From assembly GCF_009914755.1 (NCBI RefSeq), contig NC_060927.1: a DNA stretch of 64,000 nt. One strand, 5' to 3'. This document shows positions 15,535 through 29,460 of this stretch, one piece after another (within the stretch, counting starts at the first letter, position 1; each line of letters opens with the position of its first letter). This DNA comes from the human T2T-CHM13v2.0 reference genome, Homo sapiens. Made by a program: the position numbers and the translations under genes. The notes below the pieces were generated by a model. The model worked only from the letters and a program-made list of their open reading frames with translations, was not told where the DNA came from and did no database searches.

Positions 15535-15669
15535 TGCTAGAGCAGGTGAGAGTTGAACACAACAGGTTTAAGACTAGACAGATTGCTTTAATTCCTGACT
15601 TCTTCTTCTTCTTTTCAGCCCTGAGACCTCCAGGCTGTTATGTTTGCTGGAACTTCCAACTGATCACTG

Positions 15670-16720
15670 TACCCCTGCATCTTTGCATGGCAGGTTCCTT
15701 CTCATTCTTCAGGCGTTAGCTTAAATACCCCTTTCTGGTAGAGGCCGCCCCTGACTACTCTACTATAAGCAGGCACCCCTTGTTATTTTGTAGCAATAGC
15801 CTCTGCTGTCTCCTTTTCAGTACTCATCACAAAATGTAATCACATTTATTTGTTTATTGGCTGCCTATTCCACCAGTAGATAAACTCCCTGAGGTCAGGG
15901 CCCTGTCTGTTTTGTTTACCATTGTAATTCCAACACCTACTTTGACCCCTTTCCTTATTCCATAAGTCTTAGTCAATCCATTAGCGAATCCTATTGACTT
16001 TATCATCCAACTATATCCAGAATCAGGTCACTTCCCAGCTCTTCCATCCTGCTACCCTGGTCCAAGGCCTGAACCTTCCATAGACCCTATCTATTAAAGG
16101 GTTTTCTGAAAGAAAACTCTGCCTTCCATTGCCCGTTAGTTACTATCTACACTCAACAACCAGAATAAGCCTTTCAAGATATAAATGAAAAAATATTCCG
16201 TTCCTCTGCTTACAATGTCCAGTGGCTTCTAATCATAGAGCCTTGCATGATTTACTTCCCAATTCCTTCTCTACTTTAGCCATAATGATCACTTTGCTGT
16301 TCTTCAGCACATTAAGCATATTCAAGGTCATAGCACTTGCTGTTACCTCTAACTGGAATACTATTGCTAATGACTCAGTTCCTCACTTCACTCAGGCCTC
16401 AGTTTAAATGTCATCTTATTGGAAAGTGTTTCCTCGACCAGTATCTATAAAATAGCAGCCTCCACCTGCCAATCTTTTTCTCTGTACATCATAATGCAAT
16501 TTATTTTCTTTTGAGTGCTTATTAACAACCAATGTGTTCTGTATGTTTTTATTTATACCTTTCTTCTCCCACTGTCATGTAAATTTTCTCACCACAGGGA
16601 TTTAGTCTTTTCTTTTTATTACCGTATCCTCTATGTCAAGGACTGGACCTGATACACTTAACAGCTGGGTGCTCCATATAAGTTTGCTAAATGAATTTTA
16701 AAATGAGCTAATGAATAAAT
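15670..16720 (+). mobile_element. L2 fragments, ending in the L2 3' terminus
   Basis: L2-like pyrimidine-rich body and tail ...aagtttgctaaatgaat...aatgaataaat. Confidence 0.7.
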
Positions 16721-16863
16721 CGCATAGAAATCATGCTTTTAAAAAAGTAATCTATGGGCTTCCATTCCAAGATGGCTGAGTAGGAACAGCTCCGGTCTTC
16801 AGCTCCCAGTGTGATCAATGCAGAAGACAGGTGATTTCTGTGGTTACAACTGAGGTATCTGGC

Positions 16864-17196
16864 TCATCTCATTGTGACTGGTCGGACAGTGAGTGCAGCC
16901 CATGGAGGGTGAGCTGAAGCAGAGTGGGGCATTGCCTCACCCGAGAAGTGCAAGGGATCAGGGGATTTCCCTTTCCTAGACAAGGGAAGCCATGACAGAC
17001 TGTACTGGGAAAAACGGGACACTCCAGCCCAAATACTGTGCTTTTCCCAAGGTCTTAGCAACCAGCAGACAAGGAGATTCTCTCCAGTGCCTGACTCCGC
17101 AGGTCCCATGCCCACAGAGCCTTGCTCACTGCTAGTGCAGCAGTCTGAGATTGAACTGTGTGGCAGCAGCCTGGCTGGGGGAGGGGCATCTGCCAT
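16864..17196 (-). CDS. L1 ORF0 homolog (110 aa, open) in the antisense 5'UTR; expression unknown
   Basis: MADAPPPARLLPHSSISDCCTSSEQGSVGMGP... resembles L1HS ORF0 (MAGAPPPASLPPCSLISDCC...); ATG in gtaATGG context. Confidence 0.5.
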   Translation of the reverse strand: MADAPPPARLLPHSSISDCCTSSEQGSVGMGPAESGTGENLLVCWLLRPWEKHSIWAGVSRFSQYSLSWLPLSRKGKSPDPLHFSGEAMPHSASAHPPWAALTVRPVTMR

Positions 17197-20100
17197 TACT
17201 GAGGCTTGAATAGGTAAACAAAGCAGCCAGGAAGCTCGAACTGGGTGGAGCCCACTGCAGCTCAGCAAGGCCTACTGCCTCTGTAGACTCCACCTCTGTG
17301 GGCAGGGCATAGCTGAACAAAAGGCAGTAGACAACTTCTGCAGACTTAGACATCCCCGTCTGACAGCTCTGAAGAGAGCAGTGGTTCTCCCAGCATGGCG
17401 TTTGAGCTCTGAGAACAGACAGACTGCCTCCTCACATGGGCGCTTGACCCCTGTGTAGCCTAACTGGGAGACACCTCCCAGTAGGGGCTGACAGACACCT
17501 CATACAGGTGGGTGCTCCTCTGGGACAAAGCTTCCAGAGGAAGGATCAGGCAGCAATATTTACTGCTCTGCAATATTTGCTGTTCTGCAACCTCTGCTGG
17601 TGATACCCAGGGAAACACGGTCTGGAGTGGACCTCCAGCAAACTCTAACAGACCTGCAGCTGAGGGCCTTGACTGCTAGAAGGAAAACCAACAAGCAGAA
17701 AGGAATAGCATCGACATCAACAAAAAGGACATCTACACCAAAACCCCATCTGTAGGTCTGTAGGTCACCAGCATCAAAGACCAAAGGTAGATAAAACCAC
17801 AAAGATGGGGAAAAACCAGAGCAGAAAAGCTGAAAATTCTAAAAATCAGAGTGCCTCTTCTCCTCTAAAGGATTGCAGCTCCTTGCCAGCAACGGAACAC
17901 AGCTGGATGGAGAATGACTTTGACGAGTTGACAGAAGTAGGCTTCAGAAGATCGGTAATAACAAACTTCTCTGAGGTAAAGAAGCACGTTCTAACCCATC
18001 ACAAGGAAGTTAAAAACCTTGAAAAAAGGTTAGACGAATGGCTAACTAGAATAAACAGTGTAGAGAAGATCTTAAATGACCTGATGGAGCTGAAAACCAT
18101 GGCACAAGAACGTTGTGACACATGCACAAGCTTCAATAGCCAATTCGATCAAGTGGAAGAAAGGGTATCAGTGATTGAAAATCAAATTAATGGAATAAAG
18201 CGAGAGACAAGTTTAGAGAAAAAAGTGTAAAAAGAAATGAACAAAGCCTCCAAGAAATATAGGATGACGTGAAAAGACCAAATCTATGTTTGATTGGTGT
18301 AACTGAAAGTGATGGGGAGAATGGAACCAAGTTGGAAAACACTCTTCAGGATATTATCCAGGAGAACTTCCCCAACCTAGCAAGGCAGGCCAACATTCAA
18401 ATTCAGGAAATACAGAGAATACCACAAAGATATTCCTTGAGAAGAGCAATTCCAAGACACATAATTGTCAGATTCACCAAGGTTGAAATGAAGGAAAAAA
18501 TGTTAAGGGCAGCTAGAGAGAAAGGTCAGGTTACCCACAAAGGGAAGCCCATCGGACTAACAGCAGATCTCTCAGCAGAAACCTTACAAGCCAGAAGAGA
18601 GTGGGGACCAATATTCAACATTCTTAAGGAAAAGAATTTTTAACCCAGAATTTCATACCCAGCCAAACGAAGCTTCATAAGTGAAGGAGAAATAAAATCC
18701 TTTACAGACAAGCAAATGCTGAGAGATTTTGTCACCACCAGGCCTGCCTTATAAGAGCTCCTGAAGGAAGCACTAAACATGGAAAGGAACAACCAGTATC
18801 AGCCACTGCAAAAACATGCCAAATTGTAAACACCAACGATGCTAGGAAGAAACTGCATCAACTAACGGGCAAGATAGCTAGCTAACATCATAATGAAGGG
18901 ATCATATTCACACATAACAATATTAACCTTAAATGTAAATGGGCTAAATGCCCCAATTAAAAGACACAGACTGGCAAATTGGATAAAGAGTCAAGACGCA
19001 TCAGTGTGCTGTATTCAGGAGACCCATCTCACGTGCAGAGACACACATAGGCTCAAAATAAAGGGATGGAGGAAGATCTACCAAGCAAATGGAAAGCAAG
19101 AAAAAAAAAGCAGGGGTTGCAATCCTAGTCTCTGATAAAACAGACTTTAAACCAACAAAGATCAAAAGAGACGAAGAAGACCATTACATAATGGTATAGG
19201 GATCAAATTCAACAAGAAGAGCTAACTATCCTAAACATATATGCACCCAATACAGGAGCATCCAGATTTATAAAGCAAGTCCTCAGAGACCTACAAAGAG
19301 ACTTAGACTCCCACACAATAATAATGGGAGACTTTAGCACCCCACTGTCAATATTAGACAGATCAATGAGTCAGAAAGTTAACAAGGATATCCAGGACTT
19401 GAACTCAGCTCTGCACCAAGCAGACCTAATAGACATCTACAGAACTCTCCATCCCAAATCAACAGAATGTACATTCTTCTCAGCACAACATCACACTTGT
19501 TTTAAAATTGAGCACATAATTGGAAGTAAAGCACTCCTCAGCAAATGTAAAAGAACTGAAACCACAACAAACTGTCTTTCGGACCACAGTGCAATCAAAT
19601 TAGAATTCAGGATTAAGAAATTCACTCAAAACCACAGAACTACATGGAAACTGAACAACCTGCTCCTGAATGACTACTGGGTAAATAACGAAATGAAGCC
19701 AGAAATAAAGATGTTCTTTGAAACCAGTGAGAACAAAGACACAACATACCAGAATCTCTGGGACACATTTAAAGCAGTGTGTAGAGGGAAATTTATAGCA
19801 CCATAAATGCCCACAAGAGAAAGCAGGAAAGATCTAAAATTGACACCCTAACATCACAATTAAAAGAACTAGATAAGCAAGAGCAAACAAATTCAAAAGC
19901 TAGCAGAAGGCAAGAAATAACTAAGATCAGAGCAGAACTCAAGGAGACAGAGACACAAAAAACCCTTCAAAAAATCAATGAATCCAGGAGCTGTTTTTTT
20001 TGAAAAGATCAACAAAATTGATAGACCACTAGCAAGACTAAAGAAGAAAAGAGAGAAAAATCAAATAGATGCAATAAAAAGTGATAAAGGGGATATCACT

Positions 20101-21471
20101 ACTGATCCCACAGAAATACAAACTACCATCAGAGAATACTATAAACAGGTCCATACAAATAAACTAGAAAATCTGGAAGAAATGGATAAATTCCTGGACA
20201 CATACACCCTCCCAAGAACAAACCAGGAAGAAGTTGAATCTCTGAATAGACCAATAACAGGCTCTGAAATTGAGGCAATAATTAATAGCCTAACAACCAA
20301 AAAAAGTCCAGGACCAGACAGATTCACAGCCGAATCTACCAGAGGTACAAACAGCAGCTGGTACTATTCCTTCTGAAACTATTCCAATCTATAGAAAAAG
20401 AGAGAATCCTCCCTAACTCATTTTATGAGGCCAACATCATCCTGATACCAAAGCCTGGCAGAGACACAACAAAAAAAGAGAAGTTTAGACCAATATCCAC
20501 GGTGAACATCAATGCAAAAATCCTCAATAAAATACTGGCATACCAAATCCAGCAGCACATCAAAAAGCTTATCCACCATGATGAAGTTGGCTTCATCCCT
20601 GGGATGCAAGGCTGGTTCAACATACACACATCAATAAACATAATCCATCACATAAACAGAACCAAAGACAAAAACCACATAATTATCTCAATAGATGCAG
20701 AAAAGTCCTTCCATGAAATTCAACACCTCTTCATGCTAAAAACTCTCAATAAACTAGGTGTTGATGGAACATATCTCAAAATAATAAGAGCTATTTATGA
20801 CAAACCCACAGCCAATATCATACTGAATGGGCAAAAACTGGAAGCATTCCCTTTGAAAACTGGCACAAGACAAGGATGCCCTCTCTTATCACTCCTTTTC
20901 AACATATTATCGGAACTTCTGGCCAGGGCAATCAGGCAAGAGAAAGAAATAAAGGGTATTCAATTAGGAAAAGAGGAACTCAAATTGTCCGTGTTTGCAG
21001 ATGAGGTGATTATATTTAGAAAACCCCATTGTCTCAGCCGAAAATCTCCTTAAGCTGATAAGCAACTTCAGCAAAGTCTCAGATACAAAATCAATGTGCA
21101 AAAATCACAAGCATTCCTATACACCAATAACAGACAAACAGAGAGCCAAATGATGAGTGAACTCCCATTCACAATTGCTACAAAGAGAATAAAATACCTG
21201 GGAATCCAACTTACAAGGGATATGAAGGACGTCCTCAAGGAGAACTACAAGCCACTGCTCAATGAGATAAAAGAGGACACATATAAATGGAAGACCATTT
21301 TATGCACATGGATAGGAAAAATCATGAAAATGGCCATACTGTCCAAGGTAATTTATAGATTCAATGCCATCCCCATCAAGCTACCAATGACTTTCTTCAC
21401 AGAATTGGAAAAAGCTACTTTAAAGTTCATATGGAACCAAAAAAGAGCCCATATAGCCAAGACAATCCTAA

Positions 21472-21597
<126 letters not shown>

Positions 21598-21600
21598 TGA

Positions 21601-21858
<258 letters not shown>

Positions 21859-22407
21859 TAGGACATAGGCACGGACAAGTACTTCATGACTAAAACACCA
21901 AAAGCAATGGCAACAAAAGCCAAAATAGACAAATGGGATCTAATTAAACTAAAGAGCTTCTGCACAGCAAAAGAAACTACCATCAGAGTGAACAGGCAAC
22001 CTACAGAATGGGAGAAAATTTTTGCAATCTACCCATCTGACAAAGGGTATCCAGAATCTACAAAGAACTTAAACAGATTTACAAGAAAAAGACAACCCCA
22101 TCAAAAAGTGAGCAAAGGATATGAACAGACACTTCTCAACAGAAGACATTTATGCAGCCAACAGACATATGAAAAAATGCTCATCATCAGTGGTTATCAG
22201 AGAAATGCAAATCAAAACCACAATGAGATACCATCTCACGCTAGTTAGAATGGCGATCATTAAAAAGTCGGGAAACAACAGATGCTGGAGTGGATGCGGA
22301 GAAATAGGACCACTTTTAAACTGTTGGTGGGAGTGTAAATCAGTTCAACAATTGTGGAAGACAGTGTGGCGATTCTTCAATGATCTAGAAATAGAAATAC
22401 CATTTGA

Positions 22408-22707
22408 GGCCGGGCGCGGTGGCTCACGCCTGTAATCCCAGCATTTTGGGAGTCCGAGGTGGGTGGTTCACGAGGTCAGGAGATTGAGACCATCCTGGCT
22501 AACACGGTGAAACCCCACCTCTACTAAAAACACAAAAAATTAGCCGGGCGAGGTGGCAGGTGCCTGTAGTCCCAGCTACTCTGGAGGCTGAGGCAGGGGA
22601 ATGGCGTGAACCCGGGAGGCAGAGCTTTCAGTGAGCCGAGATTGCGCCACTGCACTCCAGCCTGGGTGACAGAGTGAGACTCTGTCTCAAAAAAAAAAAA
22701 AAAAAAA
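22408..22707 (+). mobile_element. AluY inserted in L1 ORF2
   Basis: Y diagnostics catcctggctaacacgg and atggcgtgaaccc; TSD aaataccatttga. Confidence 0.97.
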
Positions 22708-23864
22708 AAATACCATTTGACCTAGCAATCCCATTACTGGGTATATACCCAAAGGATTATATATCATGCTACTATAAAGACACATGCACATGTATGTTTG
22801 TTTATTGTGGCACTATTCACAATAGCAAAGACTTGGAACCAACCCTAATGTCCGTCAATGATAGACTGGATTAAGAAAATTTGGCACATATACACCATGG
22901 CACATATACACACATATACTGTGCAGCCATAAAAAAGGATGAGTTCATGTCCTTTGCAGGGACATGGATGAAGCTGGAAACCATCATTCTCAGCAAACTA
23001 TCACCAGTGCAGAAAACCAAACACCACATGTTCTCACTCATAGGTGGGAGTTCAACAACAAGAACATTTGGACACGGGGGGGGAACAACACACACCGGGG
23101 CCTGTTGTGGGGTGGGGGGCTGGGGAGGGATAGCATTAGGAGAAATACCTAATGTAAATGATGAGTTGATGAGTGTAGCAAACCAACATGGGACATGCAT
23201 ACCGATGCAACAAACCTGCATGTTGTGCACATGTACCCTAGAACTTATTAAAAAAAAAAGTAATCTGTGGTTCTGTGCTTATGTAGATTGGTGTATGAAA
23301 AAGGAGGGCTGTGTGTTTTTGTTCAAGTTAGATCCAAACAGGGGAAAGTAGAGGTAAAGAGAGCATGAGTAATAGTAGCAGTCATATTTCAATTGATGGA
23401 GGCTAGGATAAGAAAATAATATACTTGCTAGCCTGAAATTATTTCTGACTCTAGTTACATAGGTAGCTTGGATAGTCACTATAATACTATGGATAGCAAC
23501 TGTCCCTTTTAGAAACAAATCGTATTCTGGTCCTTTTAGTTTTTACCTGTTATAAATGAATTCTTACATATTAAATCCTGCAGCAAAATGTCTTTCTCTC
23601 ATCAATATATATTCTCCCTTGGCTATATGACTTTCCCACTCCAAACTATGCAAACTGGCTTTGTGAACACACTTTGGCAAGAAAAATCTGATGGTTCCAG
23701 TGGAATTATACTGTTTCATTGAGAAGGGATTACTCAAGTTCCCTAGCCAACAGTTCATAGCCTATCAAAATATGTCAAATTCAGGAAAACATTGAACAGA
23801 TTTGCTTTTATTCCTATGAAAAGAACATTTTTGATCATGAAGAGCCTACTAATCTAGGAAAGAA

Positions 23865-23990
23865 AGTCATGTCCTAGTTGTGAAATATATTAGCCACAAG
23901 ACCTTGATTAAATTACATAACATCTCTTAGCTGTAATTTCTACATCCCAAAAATGGAGGGTTGTAAGAGATCACCTCTGAAGCCCCGTCT
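23865..23990 (+). mobile_element. MIR/MIR3 fragment
   Basis: gaccttgattaaattacataacatctc...aaaatggagggttg...gatcacctctgaag. Confidence 0.5.
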
Positions 23991-24979
23991 CCCTCCCTAG
24001 CACCTAGAAAACTACCTGTACATAGAGTGTTGTGAATTATGATACATGATGCTGAGAAACTATGATCTTCTTTCTTCTGCATTTCCATAGAATATCAGCT
24101 CCTAGCATGTAAGTGGAGCTTAATATCTGTTTATTCAAAAGAAAAATTTTTTTTTCTAATAGGAAAAATATAATATGCAATAAAATGTTATGATAATGTA
24201 GTTCAAATTGTGGGTAAAATTTTTTTAAATATATTATTAAAAAAGAATAAATAGCTCTAAGAAAATCAATAACTATGACTTTCCCTTTCCCGACTTTCTT
24301 TTGAGAACCCAGGCATATGGTTCTTGGTTCACTTCCTTCATGAAAAGATTTTTTCATGTACAGTGACAGCACAGAGGAGCACCCCAAGAGAGCTCAAATC
24401 TGAAGATCTCTGGATGTTTTTCGACACAGAAATCAGTGAAGTGAGGTCTCGGGCCACTCAATGTTTTCAGAGTCAATAATACAAATGTCAAATCAATAAA
24501 GAAGCACTCACACCAGCAGTACAAGAAAAAGACAACATTTATGATGTACTATCTTCCTCCAGAAAAGAAAATCCCGTGGCACTGGGACAGACATCTACTC
24601 CTCAGCCCAACCAGAAAACTTCAGAGCCCTTCCGGTGTACACAGAGTACACAGAATAGCCTTGAGGGTTCTGACCAGAATCACTCATATACAGCTGCCCT
24701 GTGAACATGAAATTTTCTCTATATGTCTTAATTTCTTCGTATAACATATGAAAGATTCATTGACGTCAATCTGTTACACAAAAAAATTTCCCTAATCATG
24801 GCCTTCAGACTGGCAAATATAAATCAGGTAGAATCTGTGGCGACCTCAGCACAAAACCATTAATCTTGCTGGAAGAAAGAATTCCCTATGCAAGCTCTGT
24901 AGTTGAAGTATGTCACCCTTATGAAAGAAGAGCACTTTTTTTTAATAAACTCCATTTCTCTGCATCCAACTACTGCTTA

Positions 24980-25287
24980 TCATTCAAGGTCTAGCTCTTC
25001 AGTCACGCCACCTTTCCCTTCCATGAAGCCTGAGCTAATGTTCCAGCTGAAAGGGAGTTTTCTCCCCTCTTGGAACTGTATCTGTTTCTCTCTTGTGACC
25101 TTGATAATTTCTTTCCTCCATTACATGCACCTGGGCCTGTGTTTACATTCTTCCACTAGACTGAGGAGCAGGCACCACTGTGACTATCATTGCCTCCCCG
25201 GAGAAGCCTTTTTCCTGCCAAACAAATGTTGGGCAAATCATAAATAGTAAAAATAAAAAGTTTTGGTAGAATAAGTGAATGAGTGAA
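24980..25287 (+). mobile_element. L2 3' fragment
   Basis: Degenerate L2 end ending in aagtgaatgagtga. Confidence 0.45.
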
Positions 25288-25629
25288 GCATTAACCTAAT
25301 ATTTCAAAATTAAGCATCACCTTCACATTTGAGTTAACTATTTGATTCAGCTTCAGGAACTAATTTTCACAAAAGCCCTGTGGCTCAGTAGATGGAGTCA
25401 GGTATGGAAGTTGGCAGATAATCTTTCTGCTCAATTACTAATGACCCGTGGAGAAAATGCCCTACTTATCGTATTTTTTGTGGAACAGTACAATGGAAAG
25501 TGTTCATGAAGGTCTTTGAGTCCATTTCCTGAGACACACAGATGACCAGGCACTTGTGTAGGTTGGCACTGTACATTAAGGGTCAGAGCAGAGCTGGGAC
25601 CTGCTTCCTGAACATAACCTATGTGATAC

Positions 25630-25825
25630 AAGTCAGAAGAGTGGTACCTTGATTGGGGATTGGCTAGGAAGAGGTGCAAAAAAACCTCTCTTGTATGACA
25701 GAAATATTCTCTATCTTGATCCAAATGGTGGCTACTGGAATGTACACGTATGTAAAAATCTACCCAGTTATACATTTAAGATGTGTACATTTTACTAAAT
25801 GTAACACTATACCTTAGAAAAAACT
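25630..25825 (+). mobile_element. L1ME/MD 3'UTR fragment
   Basis: aagtcagaagagtggtacc...aaatattctctatcttgatc...acatttaagatgtgtacatttt. Confidence 0.75.
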
Positions 25826-26121
25826 AAATGCGATATTTTAATGAAACCGCTTTGCACCCTATTCATTATTTAACTTTTTATTTCTTACATCTGTAATTTT
25901 TCTGGTTACAAAACATATGTATTTTGTAAAGTACCCCAACATATCAGAAATGTAAAAGCCTAGAAAATGAATATCGTTCAAAACACCATTTCCCAGAGAG
26001 AAAACATTGTTAAAAATTTATCATACCCAGGTTGTATTTTTCTACGAAAAAGCGGCCGCTTTGAGGGTGTAGAACTGCTAGTTTTGTCACCTGGCCCATA
26101 ATCTCCAGGAACACTGTGAAT

Positions 26122-26213
26122 CCTGGGAGAAGCTGTGCCATGCTACTGGCAAGGAGCTGTCCTCTACCCTGGGAGAAGCTGTGCCGTGCTGCTGGCAAGG
26201 AGCTGTCCTCTGC
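26122..26213. repeat. Tandem duplication, 2 x 46 bp
   Basis: cctgggagaagctgtgcc(a/g)tgct(a/g)ctggcaaggagctgtcctct(a/g)c twice, 3 mismatches. Confidence 0.95.
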
Positions 26214-26779
26214 TTCTTAAGCCATCAGGTCTCCTTTGGGTCCTGGACAAGTTTTGGTGTTCTTGATTTTTTACATTTTCTCAGACTCCAGAGATTTGGG
26301 CTTATTTACCAGTGTACCTTCTCTCTTGTGCCCAATCCTTGAACTCACTTTAGAATAGTATTAAAATTTCACCACTTCTTCCATTGTTGAAGATCCTAAA
26401 ACAGATTCATGTTACTGCTGTTTCACAGATTTGTTGCTAAGCACTATAGACGGGTGAACAAAACGTGAACACAAGTAACCAACCCAGGGAACCGACAAAG
26501 TCTATGAGCTGCGAACACAGGTCTCCTAACACTTCTCCCTGGTAACATAGATTTAGCAAGGTTTTAAATTTCCTTACACTACCATCCGTAATAGCAGAGG
26601 ATAAGCACTTTGGTTTCCTTTGAAGTCTCATACATTGGATGGGGAGGTAAGGAGGGTAGAAATTAACTTTGTCAGCTCTTCCTCTTCCCTTCTCTTCCCT
26701 TCCTGAACAATTCAGTCCTGAAGTCATTAGGTGGAGTTGAGCAAGGTAGATCAGAGCCTGGAGCATCCATTTGCCAGAA

Positions 26780-27573
26780 AGCTAAGGAAGAGCTTGAAAA
26801 ATGAAAGGGGCATATCAAAAGGACACAGAGCATCAAAATACATGAGGACAGGAAAGAATTATAACCCAATAAACACAGGAAAATATGAGTCAATTTATAA
26901 ATAAACTAAAAGTATGGAAAGAGTAGGGTATTTAAATAGTTTCAAAGTACCTCTCCACAAAATACCTGTTAATTAAAAAGGGAAAAAGAGTAACCTTACC
27001 ATGGATAAGGCAGACTTTAATGGAGCAATCAAAGTGAACATTATCAGTAATGGAACAAGCTGAAAATCATACGCCACCTGATCAGATGCTATGAGAAATA
27101 CACAGCATCACTTCTGGGATATTCTTGCTAGAGGTAAATAATCTAGATCTCATTGTAAGGGAACATCAGAAAACCTAAACTGAGGGATATTCTACAAAGT
27201 AGCCTTTAATCTTCAAAAAAGTCAAGGCCATGAAAATGTTCCAGATAGAAATAAGGAGACATGCATCGTGCAATTCAGAACTGCATCCTTTTGCTATAAA
27301 GGATGTTATTGTGACAATTCCTGAAGTTGGAATGGAGTCTGAGGATGAAATGATGGCAATTTATCAGTATTGATTCCCTGATTTTAATATTTGTAGTGTA
27401 GTCATAGAGGATAATTTTCTTGTTTTTTTTTTGAAATATGATGCTTTGATTTATTTTGGTCTTAAGATGTATCATTTCAGCAAGTTAGTCACAAATGGTT
27501 CTGAGGGAGTGCAGTTTTTTTACTGTATTTGCAGTTCTTCTGTAAGTTTGAGATTATTTAAAGATTTAAAAAA
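26780..27573 (+). mobile_element. L1MC (L1MC3/4-like) 3' end
   Basis: aaagggaaaaagagtaacctt...atcaaagtgaacattatcagtaatgg...cacagcatcacttctg...ctgtaagtttgagatta. Confidence 0.8.
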
Positions 27574-29059
27574 TCCTACTCCAATGCAATGATTTAAAGA
27601 GTTGCTTCAGATAATGTTCTAGTTTAAGCGAAAATCCTCTGCTTGACCCTCCCTTCTGAAGGAAGAGGCTTATGCAACACCACGATTTTGAGAAAGGCAG
27701 GAGAATGATCAGATTTACTTTACTTCCTTGTACCATCTGCTGGTTCTTCTGGTCTCTGAGGAATTGTCTGTTCTCACTGGTTGGGGCTGTGTACTGTCAT
27801 CTGATCTCTCTCTCTCTTGGGTTGATCACAGCCTGGTGATGCTCCCTGGCTGCCTCCACAGAAATATTCTCAGTAGCATTTTAGACCCTTGAGTCTCTGC
27901 CATGTCCTCTGTGTGGCACCCTGACACAAGCAGTTTAGCCCCAGCCTCTACTGTGGGGTTTCCTCTTCCATTGCTATAGGGCTCTGTGGCAAGCCATCTG
28001 CATCTCAAGTCAGTGATTTCTGAGACCTCCCACTAGGAGGCAGTATAAGTGTATGTCTATATGAGCCCCTGGCCCCATGAGGCTAAGGGCTTCATTCTTC
28101 AGATCAGTTCAAAGTGCTTAGATTTTAGGTAGAAATAAGGTGCTGTATTCTAAATGAGGACTTGGAGATGCTTAGGAAAACTAAATTTCAAGTCCTCTTT
28201 CTATCTAATTGTGTTGACAAATTTATTCTGATATGGTTGGTATGGGGAATTCAGTCCAGCAGGAGAATTCTTTTCATAGCATGAAATGGGAATCAAGCTG
28301 TGTTTGCTCTGCTCTTGGCTCCACCATAGCTTATCTAAAACACCTCCTTCTCTGCAGCCTGAAGCCCAGAGCTGAGAAGTCAGGACACTGGGCCTTCTCA
28401 CAGCCCCCAACAACTTCTCTGCCCTGACACCTTTCTTCTACTTCTATTTTCCTGGGCTGGAAAGAACAAACTTTCCTCCAGGTCACATCTTCCTACCTTC
28501 CCACTGCTGCCACGAGCCTGAATCCTCATGGTGGGCCAGAGTCTTCATCCATGCAAGAGACACTCCCAGGCTTGGTTATGAAGCCTTGCATCTTGGTATA
28601 GAGCTCAACTTCCTGTCCTAAGGCAACAAGTTGCACCTTGATCTAAAATGTTAGTTAACATACCCAAGCTTTGGCTTTCCTATTGGTTAAATGGGAATAT
28701 TAAAGATAAATATCTAAATTTACAATATATCTTCCTCAATAGTCTCTTATTAAATGGGATAATTAACTAGAATAGACATTCAAATGATACAGCATTTCAT
28801 CATGTGTCAAATGAAAATAATAACATCTGTCTATATCTATAAGGATACAACAGCACTAAGAGTTTAAAATGAAATTTGAATCTAAAAAAATTATGTAGTT
28901 GCTATATAAATGTAACATTATTAAATTTACCAGATTTTTCTATATCATCCTTAGAATCTATGCATAAGAACATTTTGTCTGTTGAGGACAATTAAAAATA
29001 GGTCCATATAAGACGCAATTAAAGCTCCTGGGATAAACTCAGTCGCTTAATGAAATCTG

Positions 29060-29460
29060 CTCTAGAGCACAGAGTGTAAGAGCATTATTCCAACTGACGA
29101 TTTTAATGCCCAAGTAAATGAAGACAGGATGGCCAATAAAGGTAACTAGCAAAATGTTGAGGTGGTGGTGTATGTTGGGAGGGGAGGAGGCAATGGAAGT
29201 AACCCTTACAGAGAATTTTAAAACCAACCAGAAGTTGATCTACTTTTCATTATTACCATGTGCTGGTGATTGTAACCCATGTCAGTGATAAGACACATTA
29301 CATTCCACTTCCGATGGACTACAGCTCTGCTCTCTCCTTGTCTTCTCACTGTGTTAAGGAACAGAGACAACTTTGTTCCTGCAATGAGAATCCACAGGTT
29401 ATAGGATATAGCTCTTATTTATACCCCCCAACGCACCATTAAGCAATGCCAATTGACTTT
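29060..29460 (+). mobile_element. Possible ancient non-L1 LINE AP-endonuclease remnant
   Basis: Translation SIIPTDDFNAQV...YVGRGGGNG resembles the IxxGDFNAxVG motif; stops and frameshifts present. Confidence 0.35.
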
